Positions 50,524-64,000 of a stretch of 64,000 nucleotides of DNA are shown here, piece by piece. Source of the DNA: the human T2T-CHM13v2.0 reference genome, Homo sapiens. The stretch lies in NCBI RefSeq assembly GCF_009914755.1, contig NC_060944.1; one strand, given 5' to 3'. Below the pieces are notes generated by a model, which was not told the DNA's origin, did no database searches, and was given only the letters and a program-made list of their open reading frames with translations. The stretch's first letter is position 1. Each line of letters begins with the position of its first letter. The translations under genes and the position numbers were made by a program.

Positions 50524-51155
50524 CTAAGTGCCATCTGTGTGCTAGGGGCAAAACCAGGTGTCTTTACATAACCAACATCATTTCATCCTCAAAACAGCAC
50601 TAGGATGTAGGGTTTCTTATCCCCGTTTTACAGATGACGAGAGTGAGGGAAGGAAGCACCAACAGTCACAGAATGAGCAAAAAACATAAGGCAGTTGTTC
50701 ATTTGCTACCGGCCCTAGAAGTGGCAGAGGGAATAGTAGCAATAGTAACAATCATAATTGACTTTTCTCTATGTGCCAGGCTCTCTTTGAAACAAAATAT
50801 AATTTTTTTTAAGAGTGTGTCCCAAAGTGATCAAATGATCAAGTGCAGAACTCTCTTCCCACAAAGGCATACAGAGAGACAGGCTTCAGATTGGACAAGG
50901 TGTAATAGAAAAGTAAGATTTTACATGTTGCATGCCCCCACCATCCTTCAAAGAAAGGAAACATTATCAAGGTGAATGTTTAGAAATAGGCCTTGTCTGT
51001 CATGGTCACACCAGCTGCACCAGCACCCAGGTGACCAACTTACACCAGACGATAAATATTTGTATGTATGATCTGAATGATGCGAGAGTGTTTCATACTG
51101 CAACATCCTGCAGCCCTTACTCAACACACTCTAAATGACTACTTCTTTCCAACAG

Positions 51156-51277
51156 AGAAATAACCTGGATGCAAGAATCACCAAACTAACCTACTCCCAC
51201 CGGCCAGACATAAAATCTAAGCCAGCTACTGGGTTAACATCACCAAGGACGGTGGGAGCTTTGTCACCGGGCAAACG
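51156..51277 (+). pseudogene. BPIFB9P: BPIFB9P exon with a 1-bp deletion and a nonsense codon
   Basis: caacag|AGA...ACG|gtgagt; RNNLDARITKLTYSHRPD / KI*ASYWVNITKDGGSFVTGQT; 122 bp; TAA at 51218. Confidence 0.86.
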
Positions 51278-51590
51278 GTGAGTGCTGAGAAATGAATCAG
51301 AGCAGAGTTGAGAGGAAGAATTGCAAGGAGCAGTGTTTAGTGGGTTTAGTTACTCCCTAAACTCTGAGGCTCAGAGTGTCTGGGTGTCCCTAGGATGAGG
51401 GAGTCCAGCCAGGCTGGTGGGCTCAGCCCCCAAAGGGAGAATGGAGTGAGCAGGTTGGCTTAGGAGGATAAGGCCAGGCAGACAACCCTCTGACCTGGGA
51501 CCCTGTTGGCCATCGCGCACTGTGACATGTTTGCTGAGTAGCCAGGCCAAGGTGTTATTGTTAACTCATGTTCATTTTGTATTAATTCAG

Positions 51591-51658
51591 GAATTAATCA
51601 TCTCATTCGTGAGCAAGATTTCGAAAGACAAACTGATCACAGACATCGAACTTCTGAG
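51591..51658 (+). pseudogene. BPIFB9P: BPIFB9P 68-bp exon, intact
   Basis: attcag|GAA...AG|gtactg; ELIISFVSKISKDKLITDIELL(S); same size and phase as BPIFB1 1156-1223. Confidence 0.85.
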
Positions 51659-51749
51659 GTACTGTCTGTAACTACATAATCTGCCTGTCTATATAAGAGA
51701 TATCTAAGGTCTGATAAAAATCGCATAACCGGCTGGGTGCAGTGGCTCA

Positions 51750-52022
<273 letters not shown>

Positions 52023-52254
52023 CTACATAAGCAAAATAATCACAAGGTTCTTGGGAAGTATCTGCAAAATTACAGAGAAATCAGGATGGAGTTTTGAACT
52101 CACATGCTGTTGTTCATCTTACATTGACTCTTTCTGCTCAGTAGTTTCCAATTTATAAGTGACTTTAAGGAGCAACTGACATCCTACTTAGCTCTACAAT
52201 GGAGTTGTATTTTCACCTGAATCTAATATTTCTCTGTACTTTGTTTCCTGACAG

Positions 52255-52281
52255 CTCTGAACACAATACAACACCCCCCAA
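52255..52281 (+). pseudogene. BPIFB9P: BPIFB9P micro-exon remnant
   Basis: cctgacag|C TCT GAA CAC AAT ACA ACA CCC CCC = SEHNTTPP (mouse SEHSVVPP as recalled); donor degraded. Confidence 0.65.
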
Positions 52282-52858
52282 GTTTCTTATGTTTTCAATA
52301 TATTTATTGATGGTATGTGAGAAAAGATTGTAGTGCCAGGTGCTCAGTGCCATACACACTCTGGAAAGAAAAGGTCAGGAATGGCCAGGCATGGTGGCTC
52401 ACACCTGTAATTCCAAGACTTTGGGAGGACGGGGTGGTTGGATCACCTGAGGTCAGGAATTCAAAACTGGCCTGGCCAACATAGTGAAACCCCATCTCTA
52501 TAAAAATACAAAATTAGCCAGGCGTGGTGGCGCATGCCTATAATCCCAGCTACTCAGGAGGCTGACGCAGGAGAATCGCTTGAACCCAGGAGGCGGAGGT
52601 TGCGGTGAGCCGAGATCGATCGCACCATTGCACTCCAGCCTGGGCAACAAAAGCAAAACTCCATCTCAAAAAAAAAAAGAAAAGAAAAAATGTACACATC
52701 GATTGTATGTAAATTACACATACCTCAATAAAGCTGTTAATAGTGTGTATGGTATACAATCATTTGTATAAAATAATCACAAATATAAATCATTTTATAC
52801 ACAGAGATTATCTCTGAAAAGATACATTAGAAAATGATTAATGTGCTGGATTTTGTAA

Positions 52859-53273
<415 letters not shown>

Positions 53274-54233
53274 TGAAATAATTTCAAAACCTGCTTTAAG
53301 TGCCTTCTGAAGAAAGGACTAGGGTAAGGAACCATCACAGATAAATGTTCTCAATAGAAGACGGACCCTAAGAGTAGAAACCAATCCTTGAGCGCTGAAC
53401 CAGCACCTGAGGAAGAGGTTCCTGTTGTGCAGGTAAATGAAGAAGGTCTAAAGGACATCATGGCCAGACACACAATAAAAGCCCCAGTATATCCTAATAT
53501 ACACAATCTGTTTGAGAAGTAAAATCTTTTGATGATCTCTCCCATTTGATAAGACCTTATAATGTTCCATGGACTGTGCTAAACTCTCTAGAAGCATGAT
53601 TGTGTCACTGAATTCCACGTGAGATATGCATGTGATTATCTTCATGTTTCACATCAAAAAACCAAGCCAGGCTGGGCACAATGGCTCATGCCTGTAATCC
53701 CAGCATTTTGGGAGGCCGAGGCAGGCGGATCACTTGAAGTCAGGAAGGAGTTTGAGACCAGCCTGGCCAACACAGTGAAACTCTTTCTCTACTAAAAATA
53801 AAATAAAAAATTAGCTGGGCGTGGTGGCAGGCGCCTGTAATCCCAGCTACTTGGGAGGCTGAGGCAGGAGAGAATCGCTTGAACCCAGGAGGCAGAGGTT
53901 GCAGTGAGCCAAGATCGTGCCACTGCACTCCAGCCTGGGTGACAGAGCGAGGCTCCACCTCAAAAAAAAAAAAAAAAAAAAAAAAAACACACAAGACAGA
54001 GAAGAGGAGAAGAGTAAATTAACTACTCAATTTCAGACAACTCTCAAGCAATAAAGTGGGGATGTGAACCAAAGTCCTCTGACTCCAAAAATTCCATGCT
54101 ACCATCTCTTGGATATTTTTTTCATGATACCCACAGAATGAAATAACCTTGGTGGTGAAGGGGGCTGAGAACCACTACTCGAAACCTACTAATAGGTCCA
54201 AGGGAAAAGAGACATAATTTTTTTAAAGCCTAA

Positions 54234-54567
<334 letters not shown>

Positions 54568-54950
54568 TAAAACTCCAAGTGCTGTCAGACCTCACAGGCT
54601 GAAAAAGAGGTCCACTGGTGGCAAAGGCCAGGGAGGCTTTGGAGGGCAAGGAGGCTTCCAAGGAGGCAGAGGAGGAAGAAGAGACCACAGCTACAGGAAA
54701 GAAGATGAAGTTTGAAAAGCTTCTTCTATCCTTGTCTTTTCCTCTTCCATTTGAAAGGACTCAGGTTTTTACTCTGTGCCTGATCCATCACAGAGCCTTC
54801 TGAGGACATTCCAAGATTGTCTACAGTCCTGTGGTCCACTTGGAAATTCAGACAGATAATATTTCAAGGGGATAGTTGGTTTTGACTGAATACTCATGAA
54901 AACTTTTAAAGAAATGAGTGATAGAGCTAACCCATATCTGTAAGTTTTGA

Positions 54951-55268
<318 letters not shown>

Positions 55269-56062
55269 TGAATTAATAGTTGTTTTTTTTTTTTTTTTTT
55301 TTTTTTTTGAGACGGAGTCTTGCTCTGTCCCCCAGGCTGGAGGGCAGTGGCATGACCTCAGCTCACTGCAGCCTCCACCTCCCAGGTTCAGTGATTCTCC
55401 TGCCTCACCCTCCTGAGTAGCTAGGACTACAGGTGCCTGCCACCATGCCCGGCTAACTTTTGGATTTTTCTTTAGCAGAGTCAGGGTTTCACCATGTTGA
55501 CCAGGCTGGTCTTGATCTCCTGAGCTCAAGTGATCCACCCGCCTCAGGCTCCCAAAGTGCTGGGATTATAGGTGTGAGCCACCGCGCCCAGACAATATTG
55601 TTTCATCTCATGTAAGAAAACATTTTTTTCCAACAAATAATTTTTTTATGTTGGGGGTTGTAAAGGAAAGCAGAGTGTTTTATCAACTTTTTTGCTTGAG
55701 TGGCTTTAGAACAATTTAAAAGTCAACTTTGGTGCCAGATAAAAAGAGGTCCATGAGGGAAATCCTCAGGTAAAACATGCAAAATAAAGTGCAGCGATAG
55801 GCAGCTAAGTCAGTGGCATCCAATGCAAATGTCAGAAAGGTCGAGAGCAGTTTTCCCAAGCAAATGGTTCTCCCCACCTTCCTCTCCTTCAGTCTCTGCC
55901 TCCTAGGGCCCAGGGGAGAAAACCTGAGAGGGAGCAGTGTCCACAGGAGAAACTGGGTGGGGAAACACTTAACACAGACTGCAGGGAAAACTCCAGAAAC
56001 ACTAACCAAGGTAAAAACGAAGTCAAAGTGAGAGACAAAGGGTTAACCTTAGTTTAGGTAAA

Positions 56063-56068
56063 TTTAAT
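56063..56068 (-). terminator. CDK5RAP1: CDK5RAP1 polyadenylation signal (ATTAAA)
   Basis: tttaat on the + strand, about 180 nt downstream of the stop. Confidence 0.6.
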
Positions 56069-56246
56069 GACTGTAAAAGCTGTTCACATAGCAGCTTTAA
56101 AGAGACACGTTTTCCACTGACATAAAGTTGCTTCGCCCCTTGCAGCTTATCTCCACCTTCATGACCTGTTTCCTCAGTGGCAGGCAATGTCTCCCCTTCC
56201 TGTTGGGGAGGATTGCCCAAGTCAGCTCTGAGGCCATCCTCTCAGG

Positions 56247-56327
56247 TCAGCAATATGCAGAAGAGTCCCTCAGAGTGGTCCTGCAGAGAACATGTCCCCT
56301 AAGTGTCTGAGAACTGGCTGAGGTGAT
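56247..56327 (-). CDS. CDK5RAP1: CDK5RAP1 terminal coding exon (mitochondrial tRNA methylthiotransferase, TRAM domain end)
   Basis: Minus strand tttcag|ATC ACC...TGC TGA; ITSASSQTLRGHVLCRTTLRDSSAYC*. Confidence 0.95.
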   Translation of the reverse strand: MTSASSQTLRGHVLCRTTLRDSSAYC

Positions 56328-57554
56328 CTGAAAGAAAACCAGGCAGAAGAAGGCAAAATAACTAGGACTGTAGCACTGGGACTTCATGTGGAGCCTCTAG
56401 AGGAGAAGCCCCCAAAAGGAATCTGATGGAGGCGACCGGCTGGCAGAGACCACATGGCTCCTGTGTGCCCCCGATCCTGGCAGGAAGCGAGGTCTCATGG
56501 AATGGCAATGGATATAATTTAAGAAGTCAAAGCAGGTCAGTCCCAGCCACTTCTCCCTTTTCTCTTGGAAGATGGCTCCTCCTCAGCTCTAACCATAAAA
56601 TTCAGGTGAAACTGCCCATCACAGGCCCTGCCCTCCTAACTCCAAGGCTGATCCAGTCAAATCCTTCCTTAGGATATTTACAGCCAACATTTGGTGAGAA
56701 ATGTTCTCTCTCCTCCAATTGAGAGCTAAAAGAATGTGACCCCAAAGTTATCTGTGGTCACATGTCTTATCATAAGAGCAAGTCAGTCCATTAGTAAATC
56801 CTTACTAAGTACATATTTTGTACCCGGAATTGCCCTAGGTGCTAGAAGATAAACAAAGATAAACAAACAGAAACAAAACAGGCATTTTCCCTGCCCTTAA
56901 AGGAACTTCTGTGGATGCTCTAGGGCATCAGTCTGTGTCCTGCCAGCTTCTGGTTCTGAGGCGAAGCAGATATGAGAACAAGACAGGGAAGGTGGCAGTA
57001 GCAGAACTGGGCAGTGTGAGAAGAGAAGGCAGAAGAAAGGAAGAAATGGAAGGAGACAATAAGAGAAGCATATCGCCAGTGAAAGGGAGAAAGAAAGAGA
57101 GAAAGAAAGGGAGAGAAAATCCCACAGCCATATAGCTGATCTGTGAGTCCAGGGAAGAGACCCAAGAAACTCGAGCACATGTAAGTTAAAGAGGCCTGAG
57201 CCGTCAGAGATCACAAAGAAAATGTTGATCTCCAACAGGGAACACTCTCTACTCACTCGAAATCACTCCACCTCCTGGCCTCTCTGCAGCGAGAAACTAC
57301 ATGCCACTGCATACTCCAAACTCACCAAATTCCCACAAAGAACGCTTCCAGGGCAGGAGAATAGGTAAGAAGAATAAGAAGGCATTAGTAAGGAGCAGTC
57401 TAAAATCCAATCCAAAGTGCCCTTCCATTGTACTGGTTGAGAGGGGATTTTTATTTTACTAAAATGTGTCTCTAGGAAAAAACTTTATTACCACAAATAT
57501 CCAAACCAACACTCATTTCACAGTGCAAGCCAAAAGCCCAAAAGGACTCCTCAC

Positions 57555-57695
57555 CTTCACCAGCACATAGTCCCCAGGCTGGGCTCTGACCCTGAGCCCA
57601 GGGTTATTGACATCCTCCATCTCTGCATCAGGGAAGATCACCTTAAGGTTTCCATCATTCCTGCCACACAGGTCAGTGGCAGAGCGTTTACTGAG
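57555..57695 (-). CDS. CDK5RAP1: CDK5RAP1 penultimate exon, 141 bp (TRAM domain)
   Basis: Minus strand ctgcag|CTC...AAG|gtgagg; LSKRSATDLCGRNDGNLKVIFPDAEMEDVNNPGLRVRAQPGDYVLVK, MiaB-family TRAM motif. Confidence 0.96.
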
Positions 57696-58194
57696 CTGCA
57701 GAAAGAAGAGAGAAGAGTTCGTGGATTTGTCACAGTTGTAAGTTCTTGGAGGGTAGAAACTGTGCCTTCTCTGTCTCGGATCCCCAAGAGTCTGACCCAC
57801 AGAGCATTCCTTAACCAAGGAATCACTGAAGACTCAGTGTTTGCTGCTGCTTCACCAGCAAGGGCAGTGTATGGCCCACAACAGAAACACTGTAAAGTTT
57901 TGCTAACTATATTATAATGAATCAATTAATCAATAAGTCTGTGCAGAACTGCCTTCTGCAGGAATGGACCTCCAACAGGCCTAAAGCCAGAGACTTATGA
58001 GCGATGCATTTGGAAAACCAACTTTCACTTCACCCAGTCTCATACTAGTCACTTATGAATGAATGTTCTGGGATTGTTTGGCCTGCATTACTTGCCCTCA
58101 CTGAATAGACAGACTGAAAGGCAGAATCTCCAACACAACACACAGAAGACAGAGCCAGGAAGATACTAACATCACTATGATGGGATTAACTTCT

Positions 58195-64000
<5,806 letters not shown>

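Overview
Human, Alu-dense genomic DNA, recognisable as the distal end of the BPIF/PLUNC cluster on chr20q11.21. Left to right: (1) the last six coding exons and poly(A) site of BPIFB1/LPLUNC1 (+, 114-~7075); (2) a heavily decayed two-domain BPI-fold pseudogene, BPIFB5P (+, ~14052-27180), whose exons and lesions can be reconstructed by eye; (3) a repeat-rich spacer; (4) the vomeromodulin pseudogene BPIFB9P (+, ~42789-52281 or further), which keeps a TATA box, a non-coding exon 1 and an uninterrupted 278-codon secreted N-terminal ORF, has lost its central exons and carries lesions only downstream; (5) the last two exons of CDK5RAP1 (-, 57695-~56045). Most ORFs in the supplied track are spurious Alu or simple-repeat frames. 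I see no new multi-gene system. The best lead is the asymmetric preservation of BPIFB9P, which could encode a truncated secreted protein. Gene identities rest on my recall of the protein sequences and gene order; no database searches were run.
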